Shown here: piece by piece, positions 37,166 through 46,500 of the stretch
Layout: each line of letters opens with the position of its first letter
Position numbering within the stretch: the stretch's first letter is position 1
Assembly: GCA_963700145.1 (NCBI GenBank)
Contig: OY969474.1
Span: forward strand, 4,736,001 to 4,800,000
DNA: 64,000 nucleotides
DNA from: an uncultured Acidobacteriota bacterium
Lineage (GTDB): Bacteria > Acidobacteriota > Thermoanaerobaculia > Multivoradales > UBA5704
Direction: 5' to 3'
Program-made: the position numbers and the translations under genes
Notes under the pieces: model-generated
What the model saw: only the letters and a program-made list of their open reading frames with translations
Database searches by the model: none
Told to the model about the DNA's origin: nothing

Positions 37166-37201
37166 GGCGCCGCGGATCTTACGTCACGATACACTCCCGG
37201 C

Positions 37202-38239
37202 GTGGCCCGCACGATCACCCTCATCCCCGGCGACGGGATCGGCCCCGAGGTCAGCGCCGCCACCGTGCGGGTGCTGGAGGCGGCGGGCGCGGAGCTGGAG
37301 TTCGAGACCCACCTCGCCGGCGCCGAGGCGCTGGCGAAGTACGGCGATCCCCTCCCCGACGCGCTGATCGAGTCGGTCGAGCGCCACCGTGTGGCGCTCA
37401 AGGGGCCGGTCACGACGCCGGTCGGCACCGGCTTCCGCTCGATCAACGTCGAGCTGCGCCAGCGCTTCGAGCTCTACGCCAACCTCCGCCCGGCGCGCAC
37501 CCTGGAGAGCCTGCCGACGCTCTTCCCCGGCGTCGACATCGTCGTGGTGCGCGAGAACACCGAGGACCTCTACAGCGGCCTCGAGCACGTCGTCGTGCCG
37601 GGGGTGGTGGAGAGCTTGAAGATCATCACCGCCAAGGCCTCGACGCGCATCGCCCGCTGGGCCTTCGAGTACGCGCGCCGCAACGGACGGAAGCGCATCA
37701 CCGCCGTGCACAAGGCCAACATCATGAAGCTCTCGGACGGCCTCTTCCTGGAGTGCTTCCGCACCGTCGCCAAGGACTACCCGGAGATCAAGGCCGACGA
37801 CAAGATCGTCGACAACATGTGCATGCAGCTGGTGACCCGGCCGCAGGACTGGGACATGCTGCTGATGGAGAATCTCTACGGCGACATCGTCTCCGACCTC
37901 TGCGCCGGCCTGGTCGGCGGGCTCGGCGTCGTGCCGGGGGCCAACATCGGCGACGACGCGGCGGTCTTCGAGGCGGTGCACGGCAGCGCCCCCGACATCG
38001 CCGGGAAGAACCTCGCCAACCCCCTCGCCCTGATGCGCTCGGCGATCCTCATGCTCCGCCACCTCGGGAAGGACGAGGTCGCCGAGCGGGTGCGCGCCGC
38101 CATCCGCGATGTCGTGGTGCGCCAGAAGATCCGCACCCGCGACCTCGGCGGCGAAGCCACGACCAGCGGCTTCGCCGACGCGGTGGTCGGGGCGATCGAG
38201 CGCGGCGCGACGGTCGCGGCCGCGCCCCGGGAGGCGTGA
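37202..38239 (+). CDS. icd: NAD-dependent isocitrate/isopropylmalate dehydrogenase family (probable IDH)
   Basis: IPGDGIGPEV, RENTEDLY, VHKANIMKLSDG, NLYGDIVSD, EAVHGSAPDIAG. Confidence 0.88.
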   Translation: MARTITLIPGDGIGPEVSAATVRVLEAAGAELEFETHLAGAEALAKYGDPLPDALIESVERHRVALKGPVTTPVGTGFRSINVELRQRFELYANLRPARTLESLPTLFPGVDIVVVRENTEDLYSGLEHVVVPGVVESLKIITAKASTRIARWAFEYARRNGRKRITAVHKANIMKLSDGLFLECFRTVAKDYPEIKADDKIVDNMCMQLVTRPQDWDMLLMENLYGDIVSDLCAGLVGGLGVVPGANIGDDAAVFEAVHGSAPDIAGKNLANPLALMRSAILMLRHLGKDEVAERVRAAIRDVVVRQKIRTRDLGGEATTSGFADAVVGAIERGATVAAAPREA

Positions 38240-40248
38240 TGGCGACCGAGGTCCACGAGACCGCCTGCCCGCTCGACTGCCCCGACGCCTGCGGCCTCGA
38301 GGTGACGGTCGAGGACGGGCGCGTCACCAAGGTGGCGGCGAGCGACGCCCACCCTTTCACCGCCGGCTTCATCTGCTCGAAGGTGGCGCGCTTCCCGCGC
38401 CACCTCTACGGGCCCGAGCGGCTGCTCCACCCGGGGCGGCGCGCCGGCGGCAAGGGGGAGGGGCGGTTCGAGCGGCTCTCCTGGGACGACGCGCTCGACC
38501 TCCTGGCCGGCAAGCTCGCCGCGGTGCGCGAGCGGAGCGGCGGCGAGGCGATCCTGCCCCTCTACTACGGCGGCTCGAACGGCCTCCTGACCCAGGAGAC
38601 GACCGACCACCGCCTCTTCCACCGCCTCGGCGCCTCGCGCCTCGAGCGCACCGTCTGCGCCGCGCCCACCGGCCGCGCCGCCACCGGCCTCTACGGCAAG
38701 TTCCCGGGGATCGCTCTCGGCGATTTCGCGCACGCGCGGCTGATCGTCCTCTGGGGGGTGAACCCGTCGGCCTCGGGCATCCACCTGGTGCCGGTGGTTC
38801 TCGACGCGCAGGCGGCGGGGGCGACGCTCGTCGTCGTCGATCCGCGCCGCACGCCGCTCGCCGCCAAGGCCGACCTCCACCTGGCGCCGCGGCCGGGGAC
38901 CGACCTGCCGCTGGCGCTGGCGGTCATCCGCTGGCTTTTCGCCGAGGGGCGGGCCGACCTCGCCTTCCTCGCCGCCCACGCGACCGGCGCCGAGGAGCTG
39001 CGACGGCGGGCCGAGCCCTGGACCCTGGAGCGCGCGGCGGCGGCCTGCGGCGTGCCGGCGGCGGCGATCGAGCGCTTCGCCCGGCTCTATGCCGAGGCCT
39101 CGCCGGCGGTCGTCCGCTGCGGCTGGGGCCTCGAGCGCAACCGCAACGGCGGCTCGGCGGTGGCGGCGGTGCTGGCGCTGCCGGCGGTGGCGGGGAAGTT
39201 CGGGGTGCGCGGCGGCGGCTACACGCTGAGCAACTCTGGCGCCTACAAGATGGACCGCGAGCGCGCCCTCGGGGCGCCCGAGCCGCCGACGAGGCGGGTC
39301 AACATGAACCACGTCGGCCGGGTGCTGACCGACGGCGCCGAGCCGCCCGTCGAGCTCCTCTTCGTCTACAACTGCAACCCGCTGGCGACTCTCCCCAACC
39401 AGGAGCTGGTGCGCCGCGGCCTGGAGCGCGAGGACCTCTTCACCGTCGTCTTCGACCAGGTGATGACCGACACCGCGCGCTACGCCGACCTGGTGCTGCC
39501 GGCGACGACGTTCCTGGAGCACGCCGAGCTGTCGCGCGGCTACGGGGCGTACATCGTCCATAGGAGCGCGCCGGTCATCGCGCCGGTCGGGGAGGCGCGC
39601 GGCAACGTCGAGGTCTTCGCCGACCTCTGCCGCCGGCTCGGGCTGGCGCAGCCGGGGGACGCGGAGACGGCGGACGAGCTGGCCGAGGCGCTGCTGCCGG
39701 AGCGGCTGCGCGCCGAGCTGCCGGGGCCGGGGACGGCCTTGCCGGAATGCGGCGCCTCCCCGGTGCAGTTCGTGGACGTCTTCCCCTACACGCCGGACCG
39801 GAAGGTCCACCTGGTGCCGGAGGCGCTCGACCGCGAGGCGCCGGAGGGGCTCTACGCCTTCCGCCCCGACCCGGCGACCGCGGCCTTCCCGCTGGCGCTC
39901 ATCTCGCCGGCCACCGGCCGGACGGTGAGCTCGACCTTCGGCCAGCTCGTGCGCGGCAAGGTGCCGCTGGAGATCCATCCCGACGACGCCGCGCCGCGCG
40001 GCATCGCCGACGGCGCCCCCGTGCGCGTCTGGAACGAGTACGGCGAGGTGCGCTGCGCCGCGCGCCTGACGCGCGACCTCAAGCCGGGCGTCGTCCTTCT
40101 CCCCAAGGGCCTCTGGAGCCACAACACCGACAGCGGCACCACCGCCAACGCCCTCGCCCCCGACACCCTCGCCGACCTCGGCGGCGGCGCCTGCTTCAAC
40201 GACGCCCGGGTGGAGGTGGCGCGCTCACAGCGCGGGGTGGAGAGTTAG
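38239..40248 (+). CDS. Molybdopterin-dependent oxidoreductase with N-terminal 4Fe-4S motif
   Basis: CPLDCPDAC..ICSK, LSWDDAL, TDTARYADLVLPA, EIHPDDA; TGATG overlap. Confidence 0.9.
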   Translation: MATEVHETACPLDCPDACGLEVTVEDGRVTKVAASDAHPFTAGFICSKVARFPRHLYGPERLLHPGRRAGGKGEGRFERLSWDDALDLLAGKLAAVRERSGGEAILPLYYGGSNGLLTQETTDHRLFHRLGASRLERTVCAAPTGRAATGLYGKFPGIALGDFAHARLIVLWGVNPSASGIHLVPVVLDAQAAGATLVVVDPRRTPLAAKADLHLAPRPGTDLPLALAVIRWLFAEGRADLAFLAAHATGAEELRRRAEPWTLERAAAACGVPAAAIERFARLYAEASPAVVRCGWGLERNRNGGSAVAAVLALPAVAGKFGVRGGGYTLSNSGAYKMDRERALGAPEPPTRRVNMNHVGRVLTDGAEPPVELLFVYNCNPLATLPNQELVRRGLEREDLFTVVFDQVMTDTARYADLVLPATTFLEHAELSRGYGAYIVHRSAPVIAPVGEARGNVEVFADLCRRLGLAQPGDAETADELAEALLPERLRAELPGPGTALPECGASPVQFVDVFPYTPDRKVHLVPEALDREAPEGLYAFRPDPATAAFPLALISPATGRTVSSTFGQLVRGKVPLEIHPDDAAPRGIADGAPVRVWNEYGEVRCAARLTRDLKPGVVLLPKGLWSHNTDSGTTANALAPDTLADLGGGACFNDARVEVARSQRGVES

Positions 40249-40601
40249 TTCTCCGGGAGAGACGGTTCGGCGAGGAGAGCTTCGAGGAGAGGGATCAGCG
40301 GTGGGAGATCGCTCTGGATGGTCTTCCAGAGGACCGTTGCGTCCACTCCAAAATACTCGTGGACGATGACGTTGCGCATGTCTCGCATGTCTGCCCACGG
40401 CATGTCCGGGAATCTCGCCGTGACGGTTTCCGGTACTCTCGCCGCCGCCTCGCCGATGACCGCGAAGTTCAGGCAGACGGCGTCGATTGTCTTCTCGTCT
40501 GCGGCGAAGGCCTCGAAGGTCATCCCCGCCGTGTGGCGGCGGAGCTTCTGGATGGCAGCAAGGATGTCCTTCAGTCGCAGCCGCCAGTCCCTAGGCGGCA
40601 C
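40245..40601 (-). CDS. HEPN (DUF86) ribonuclease toxin, HepT-like
   Basis: IGEAA, RNVIVHEY (Rx4HxY). Confidence 0.9.
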   Translation of the reverse strand: MPPRDWRLRLKDILAAIQKLRRHTAGMTFEAFAADEKTIDAVCLNFAVIGEAAARVPETVTARFPDMPWADMRDMRNVIVHEYFGVDATVLWKTIQSDLPPLIPLLEALLAEPSLPEN

Positions 40602-40902
40602 GGACGGCCTCGCGCAGGACCTCTTCCCGAAATTGCTCTCGCAGGGCGGCCGCAGTGGCGAGGTCGACGCGCCGGGAGAGGAGCTCCTCGAGGTGGCGCT
40701 TGAGGCCGAGGAAGGCGAAGAGGCCCACCGGTTGCTCGAACTCCACCAGTAGGTCCACGTCGCTGTCGGCGCTCGCCTCCCCTCTCGCGATCGAGCCGAA
40801 CAGGTAGAGCGACTTCACTCCGCGCTGACGCATCTCGTCCCGGTGCTCCTGCAGCACCTGCAAGATTTCCGCAGCCAGCGGGATCGAGGATCCGGCGCTC
40901 AT
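40591..40902 (-). CDS. Minimal nucleotidyltransferase antitoxin, MntA-like
   Basis: LFGSIARGEASADSDVDLLV (GSx10DxD). Confidence 0.9.
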   Translation of the reverse strand: MSAGSSIPLAAEILQVLQEHRDEMRQRGVKSLYLFGSIARGEASADSDVDLLVEFEQPVGLFAFLGLKRHLEELLSRRVDLATAAALREQFREEVLREAVRAA

Positions 40903-40965
40903 CGCTTCACCCTTCTTCGAGTCTAGCAGCGCACAGCGGGCCTTCCGAGAGAGAATGCTCACGCC

Positions 40966-42330
40966 ATGCCCCGGACTCTCTTCGACGACCAGGAAGCGGC
41001 ACGGCAGGTCGAGGAGGCCGCGCCGGCGGCGGGGTCGCCGCTCGCCGAGCGGATGCGGCCGCGGACGCTCGAGGAGGTGGTGGGGCAGGAGGCGCTGGTG
41101 GGGGAGAAGGGGTTCCTCCGCCGCGCCATCGCCGCCGACCGGGTGCCGTCGCTCATCTTCTGGGGGCCGCCGGGGTCGGGGAAGACCACCCTCGCCCGCC
41201 TGATCGCCGCCGCCACGTCCTCGCGCTTCGTCCCCTTCTCAGCCGTCACCTCCGGCATCAAGGAGGTGCGCGAGGTGATGGCCGAGGCCGCGCGCCTGCG
41301 CCAGGCGCGGGGCCGCCGCACCCTCCTCTTCGTCGACGAGATCCACCGCTTCAACCGCGCGCAGCAGGACGCCTTCCTCCCCTACGTCGAGCGCGGCGAC
41401 ATCGTCCTGGTCGGCGCCACCACCGAGAACCCCTCCTTCGAGCTCAACGCCGCGCTGCTGTCGCGCACCCGCGTCGTCGTCCTCGAGCCGCTCTCCCCGG
41501 AGGACCTCCTCACCGTCGTCCGCCGCGCCCTCGCCGACCCCGAGCGCGGCGCCGGCGGCGCCGGGCTCGAGATTGCCGAGGAGGCGCTCGCGGCGATCGT
41601 CCAGCTCGCCGGCGGGGACGCCCGCAAGGCCCTGAATCTCTTGGAGCTGGTCGCCGCCGACGCCGCCGAGCGCGCGGCGACCGACGTCGACGCCGAGACC
41701 GTCCGCCGCGTCGCGCAGCGCAAGGTCCTGCTCTACGACAAGGCCGGCGAGGAGCACTTCAACCTCATCTCGGCGCTCCACAAGTCGCTGCGCGACAGCG
41801 ACGCCGACGCCGCCCTCTACTGGCTGGCGCGCATGCTCGCCGCCGGCGAGGACCCGCTCTACCTGGCGCGGCGCATGGTCCGCTTCGCCAGCGAGGACGT
41901 CGGGCTCGCCGACCCCGCGGCGCTGCCGCAGGCGCTCGCCGCCTGGGACACCTTCCACCGCCTCGGCTCGCCGGAGGGGGAGCTGGCGCTGGCGCAGGCG
42001 GCGCTCTACCTGGCGCTGGCGCCCAAGAGCAACGCCGTCTACACCGCCTACGGCGAGGCGCGGCGGACCGTCGAGGAGCGCCCCGCCGACCCGGTGCCGA
42101 TGTCGATCCGCAACGCGCCGACGCGGCTGATGAAAGGGCTGGGCTACGGCGCCGGCTACGTCTACGCCCACGACACCGACGAGGGGGTGGGCGGCCTCGA
42201 CTGCCTCCCCGACTCCCTCCAGGGGACCCGCTTCTACCAGCCGACGGAGCGCGGCTTCGAAGCCGAGCTCGGCAAGCGCCTAGCGGCCTTCAAGGCGTTG
42301 CGCGCGAAGGCGAAGGAGACACGGTCGTGA
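40966..42330 (+). CDS. rarA: Replication-associated recombination protein A
   Basis: PLAERMRP, GPPGSGKTT, DEIHRFN, ATTENP, ISALHKS, ASEDVG. Confidence 0.95.
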   Translation: MPRTLFDDQEAARQVEEAAPAAGSPLAERMRPRTLEEVVGQEALVGEKGFLRRAIAADRVPSLIFWGPPGSGKTTLARLIAAATSSRFVPFSAVTSGIKEVREVMAEAARLRQARGRRTLLFVDEIHRFNRAQQDAFLPYVERGDIVLVGATTENPSFELNAALLSRTRVVVLEPLSPEDLLTVVRRALADPERGAGGAGLEIAEEALAAIVQLAGGDARKALNLLELVAADAAERAATDVDAETVRRVAQRKVLLYDKAGEEHFNLISALHKSLRDSDADAALYWLARMLAAGEDPLYLARRMVRFASEDVGLADPAALPQALAAWDTFHRLGSPEGELALAQAALYLALAPKSNAVYTAYGEARRTVEERPADPVPMSIRNAPTRLMKGLGYGAGYVYAHDTDEGVGGLDCLPDSLQGTRFYQPTERGFEAELGKRLAAFKALRAKAKETRS

Positions 42331-43007
42331 AAAAGACGTGCGCTCTCGCCGCCGTCCCCTTGGCCCTCTTCCTGGCGCACTGCCGGCCCAAGAGCGTGGA
42401 GGACCGGGTCGCGGCACTGCCGGAGCTGCCGGCGGAGATCGCCGCCACGCTGGATCCCGAGACCTTGGCGACGAGGATCGTCTCGAACCCCAGTCTGCCG
42501 GTCACGGCCGCGGCCCCGGCAGCGGCGCCCATTCCCTGTTGCACGGTCTCGGAGAAGCGCCATCTGACGGTCAGGTTCCGCTTCACCAAGTGCACCGCGC
42601 CGGTCGGAGATTTCGATCCCGAGGGCGTCCTGACGGAAGGCGGGCCAGGCGGCGCCCGGCCCACCCTGCACCGGCTCACCGAGCTCCGCGGGCGGACGCT
42701 CTCCCCCGTCAGGTTCTGTTTCACCAGGTCGGGTCCGTGGAACGCCGTCTTCACGGAGCTGCGGGCCTGCTCCCCGGCGACGCCGCACCGCACCCTGGCG
42801 ATCTCCGCCCTGGGCGACGTCGTTCATTTCGAGTGGGCGGGCCTCCAGCCCGCTCCGGCCAACGTGCTGGTCCTCAGTTGCCGCACGGAAGGGATCGAGC
42901 GGAGCTTGTGCCCCGGCGCGAGTCTCGACTGTAAGTGCCTCAGTGCGCCGTGCACGGCCCCCGCGGCCTGTCCGTGCCCGCTGGAGCTGCCGTCCGGAGA
43001 TTCCTAG
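42327..43007 (+). CDS. Cys-rich hypothetical lipoprotein
   Basis: GTGA overlap; signal ending LAHC; 12 further Cys. Confidence 0.65.
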   Translation: MKKTCALAAVPLALFLAHCRPKSVEDRVAALPELPAEIAATLDPETLATRIVSNPSLPVTAAAPAAAPIPCCTVSEKRHLTVRFRFTKCTAPVGDFDPEGVLTEGGPGGARPTLHRLTELRGRTLSPVRFCFTRSGPWNAVFTELRACSPATPHRTLAISALGDVVHFEWAGLQPAPANVLVLSCRTEGIERSLCPGASLDCKCLSAPCTAPAACPCPLELPSGDS

Positions 43008-43028
43008 GCAATCGACGAGGAGGAAGCC

Positions 43029-43862
43029 ATGAGCACGACGGGCCGTCGGAGCGTAGCGATTGCGGTCGTCGCCGGCGCGCTGCTGGCGCTGGCGGCGGCC
43101 GAGGTCTCGGCGCAGGAGTGCGAGCGGCGGGTGTGTCGGCCGGGCGACAGGCTGGAGCGGTACCAGGGGCGGTGGGTCTGCGCCCGCGGCAACGTCATCC
43201 GCCGCGCCCCCCCGAACTTTCCCTGCCCCGCCGGCTCCGTCCTGGTCGGGCCGAGCTGCATCGATCGCTGCTGCAAGTCGGCTTGCCCCAGAGGCGGTGA
43301 ATACAAGCCGGGGGGAACGTGTGAAAGAACGGGCTTCGGGGGCGTGATCTCGTACTATCCGGCCACCTGCGACGGGGAAGGGTGGGACCTGTACCCCGCG
43401 ACCGGCTGGTGCCGGCGGCAGAACTGCCCGCCGCGCCGTCCGATCGGGGTCCCGGCGCCGCCGCGCGTCGGGCTGCCGGACCTGGTGATCGAGTCGTTCC
43501 GCATCCAGAGCCGGGAGCAGTGCCGGCCCGGTCTTCCGGTCGTCACCTTCGAGGTGGTCGTGGCCAACCGCGGCACGAGAGCGTTCGGGGGCACGACCAG
43601 CGGCATGGTCCGCGTCATCGACGAGGACGGGGGTTGGGGCGCCGTCGCGGTCCCGCTCGGCGCCGTTCCCCCCGGCGGGAGGAGGGCCGTGGCGGTCCCG
43701 TTCCCCTACCTGACCTCCGCCGCCAGGCACATCACGACCGGCGCGCCTCACCCCTTCAGGGCGACAGTGGATGCCTGGCGGTGGGTCGACGAGGTGAACG
43801 AGGGGAACAACGCGTCGCGGGTCCTCAACGTCGGCGCCCCGAGCGGCTGTCCGCCGGCTTAG
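43029..43862 (+). CDS. Secreted protein: Cys-rich N-domain plus CARDB-like Ig domain
   Basis: GAGG RBS, signal peptide; LPDLVIE..VANRG..ATVD..VDEVNEGNN; 14 Cys. Confidence 0.75.
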   Translation: MSTTGRRSVAIAVVAGALLALAAAEVSAQECERRVCRPGDRLERYQGRWVCARGNVIRRAPPNFPCPAGSVLVGPSCIDRCCKSACPRGGEYKPGGTCERTGFGGVISYYPATCDGEGWDLYPATGWCRRQNCPPRRPIGVPAPPRVGLPDLVIESFRIQSREQCRPGLPVVTFEVVVANRGTRAFGGTTSGMVRVIDEDGGWGAVAVPLGAVPPGGRRAVAVPFPYLTSAARHITTGAPHPFRATVDAWRWVDEVNEGNNASRVLNVGAPSGCPPA

Positions 43863-43874
43863 GAGGGTCCCGCC

Positions 43875-45092
43875 TTGCGACGCTTCCTGCTTTGCGCGCT
43901 GGTTTTCACGCTGTTCTCTGCGTCGGCACCCGCCCCGCCCGTCCTGGTGGTCCGCCCCGGGCGGATCATCGAAGTGGAGACCGGGCGGGCGCACGCGGGT
44001 TGGGTCGTGCGGGTCGAGGGAGAGCGGATCGCGGCCGTCGGCCCGGCGGCGAAGGTCGCCGTGCCGAAGGGGGCGCGCGTCATCGACCTTCCCGGCGCCA
44101 CGCTGCTGCCCGGGTTGATCGACGTCCACGTCCACCTCACCTGGGACGACGGCCGGTCGGCGGCCAGCGCCGGCGCCGCGCGGCGCACGCTCGCGGCGGG
44201 CTTCACCACGGTGCGGAGCTGCGGCGCGCCGGGGGGCGCGGACCTCGTCCTGCGCGACGCCATCGCCCGCGGCACCGTCGAGGGCCCGCGCGTGGTGGCC
44301 GCGGGGGCGCCGCTGGGCTTCGCCGGCGGCGTCTGCGCGCAGGTGTTCCCGGGCGAGGGCGTCTTCGAGACCGCCGAGCAAGCGCTCGCCCACGTCCGCC
44401 GGCTCGCCGCCGCCGGCGCCTCGTGGGCGAAGGTCTGCGCCGGCGGCGGCGTCCTGCCCGGCCCCGACGACGAGGCGACGGTCGAGGTGCCGCCGCCGAT
44501 CCTCGCCGCCATCGTCGCGGAGGCGCACCGGCTCAAGCTCAAGGTGGCGGCGCACGCGCAAGGCCCGGCGGCGGTCGTGGCGGCGGTGAAGGCCGGAGTG
44601 GACTCGATCGAGCACGGCTCCCTGCTCGACGAGGCGGCGGCGCGGCTGATGATCGACCGCGGCACCTGGCTGGTGCCGACCGTCGCCCGGCTGCGCTGGA
44701 GCCGCGAGGGGGCCGAGGCGTCCGGCGCGCCGCCCGAGGCGCTGGCGCGCGCCGCGGCCGAGGCCCGCCAGCGGCTGCGGCGGGCGATCGCGCTCGGCGT
44801 ACCGGTGGCGCTGGGCAGCGACGCCACCGTCATCCCGCACGGCCTCAACGCCCGCGAGGTCGCCGCCCTGGTGGAGCTGGGGATGACGCCGCCGCAGGCG
44901 CTGCGCGCCGCCACCGTGGAAGCCGCGAAGCTCCTCGGTTGGAGCGACCGCGTCGGCTCGCTGCGCCCGGGCCACTTCGCCGACCTGCTCGCCGTGGCCG
45001 GCGACCCCCTGGCCGACCCGGCGGCACTTGAGAAGGTGCTGCTCGTCGTCAAGGGCGGTGTGGTGGTGCGCGAGCCCGCGGCGGCGCCTTGA
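43875..45092 (+). CDS. Secreted metal-dependent amidohydrolase (Xaa-Pro dipeptidase-like)
   Basis: LPGLIDVHVH, AAHA, SIEHG, GSDA, GSLRPGHFADL. Confidence 0.88.
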   Translation: MRRFLLCALVFTLFSASAPAPPVLVVRPGRIIEVETGRAHAGWVVRVEGERIAAVGPAAKVAVPKGARVIDLPGATLLPGLIDVHVHLTWDDGRSAASAGAARRTLAAGFTTVRSCGAPGGADLVLRDAIARGTVEGPRVVAAGAPLGFAGGVCAQVFPGEGVFETAEQALAHVRRLAAAGASWAKVCAGGGVLPGPDDEATVEVPPPILAAIVAEAHRLKLKVAAHAQGPAAVVAAVKAGVDSIEHGSLLDEAAARLMIDRGTWLVPTVARLRWSREGAEASGAPPEALARAAAEARQRLRRAIALGVPVALGSDATVIPHGLNAREVAALVELGMTPPQALRAATVEAAKLLGWSDRVGSLRPGHFADLLAVAGDPLADPAALEKVLLVVKGGVVVREPAAAP

Positions 45093-45137
45093 TGACAGAC
45101 TAGCCGCACCAAGCGACTTCACGAGGGGTTTGCGGCC

Positions 45138-46493
45138 ATGCCCGACTTGCAGGACGGGTTCTGGGACAACCTCCTGGACTACATCCAGGACCGGACCGTC
45201 GTGCCCGTCATCGGCTCGGAGCTCGTCACGGTCCGGGAAGGCGACCGGGACGTGCCGCTCTACCGCTGGGTGGCGCAGCGACTGGCCGCCGACCTCGCGC
45301 TGCCCACCGCGGAGCTTCCCGCGGGCTTCGAGCTCAACGACGTCGTGTCGCTGCACCTGCGCCGGCGCGGCGAGCGGGAGGAGCTCTACGCCCAGATCCA
45401 CCGCATGCTGCGCAACGCCGCGCCGGCGCCGCCCGAGCCGTTGCGGGCGCTGGCCGGCATCCCGGGGTTCGACCTCTTCGTCTCGCTGACCTTCGACTCG
45501 CTGCTGGCGGGCGCCCTCGGCGGCGCGCGGCAGATCGCGTACTCGCCGAGCACCGTCCGCGACCTCCCCGGCCCGAAGGCCGAGCTGCGGCAGCCGGTGG
45601 TGTTCCACCTCCTGGGGCAGGCGTCGGCCTCCCCGGACTACGCGATCTGCGACGAGGACCTGCTCGAGTTCCTGCACGCCATGCAGGACAAGCAGCGGCA
45701 GCCCAAGACGCTGTTCGACGAGCTGCGCGGCAACCATCTCCTCATCCTCGGCTGCAGCTTCGGGGACTGGCTGGCGCGCTTCTTCCTGCGCACCGCCCGG
45801 AGCCTCGAGCTGTCGCAGAAGCGCCGGCGTTGGGACGTGCTGGTGGGCGAGCGGATCGCGCACGACCCCGGGCTGGCGCTGTTCCTCGAAAGCTTCAGCT
45901 CCGACGCCCGGGTGGTGCCGATGACCGCGGCAGAGTTCGTCATCGAGCTGGCGGCCCGCTGGTCGGCCACGCATCCCGCGCCGGCGCCGGGCGCGGAGCC
46001 CGCGGCACGCGACGCGGGCGAGGGCGGCAAGAGCGTCCCGCAGGGGGCGGTCTTCGTCAGCTACGCGCACGAGGACGTCGACGCCGCCCTCAGGCTGGCC
46101 GAGGGCCTGCGCGCGGCCGGCCTGGAGGTCTGGTTCGACAAGAACGCCCTGCAGATGGGGGACGACTGGGCGCGCAGCATCCGGCGCGGCATCGAGCGCT
46201 GCTCGCTGTTCCTGCCGGTGATCTCACGCCAGGCCGTGAGCGAGGAGAACCGGCGCCGCTACTTCTGGCGGGAGTGGAACGACGCCGACGACTTCGCGCG
46301 CGGGATGGCGCCGGACGAAGTGTTCATCGTCCCCGTGGTGATCGACGACACGCGCATCGATCGCGCCCCGCTGCCGGACTCCTTCAAGCGCGCGCAGGGC
46401 AGGAACCTGCCGGGCGGCGATGTCGCGCCCGAGGTCGCCGAGCTGCTCAAAGAGCGCGTCCGCGACTTCCACCGCCGGCAGCGGGCGGCCTGA
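45138..46493 (+). CDS. SIR2-like domain + C-terminal TIR domain protein
   Basis: VVPVIG, SLTFDSLL, FHLLG, LLILGCSFGDW (SIR2-like); VFVSYAHED, VWFDK, FLPVIS, WREW (TIR). Confidence 0.82.
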   Translation: MPDLQDGFWDNLLDYIQDRTVVPVIGSELVTVREGDRDVPLYRWVAQRLAADLALPTAELPAGFELNDVVSLHLRRRGEREELYAQIHRMLRNAAPAPPEPLRALAGIPGFDLFVSLTFDSLLAGALGGARQIAYSPSTVRDLPGPKAELRQPVVFHLLGQASASPDYAICDEDLLEFLHAMQDKQRQPKTLFDELRGNHLLILGCSFGDWLARFFLRTARSLELSQKRRRWDVLVGERIAHDPGLALFLESFSSDARVVPMTAAEFVIELAARWSATHPAPAPGAEPAARDAGEGGKSVPQGAVFVSYAHEDVDAALRLAEGLRAAGLEVWFDKNALQMGDDWARSIRRGIERCSLFLPVISRQAVSEENRRRYFWREWNDADDFARGMAPDEVFIVPVVIDDTRIDRAPLPDSFKRAQGRNLPGGDVAPEVAELLKERVRDFHRRQRAA

Positions 46494-46500
46494 CCGCGAG

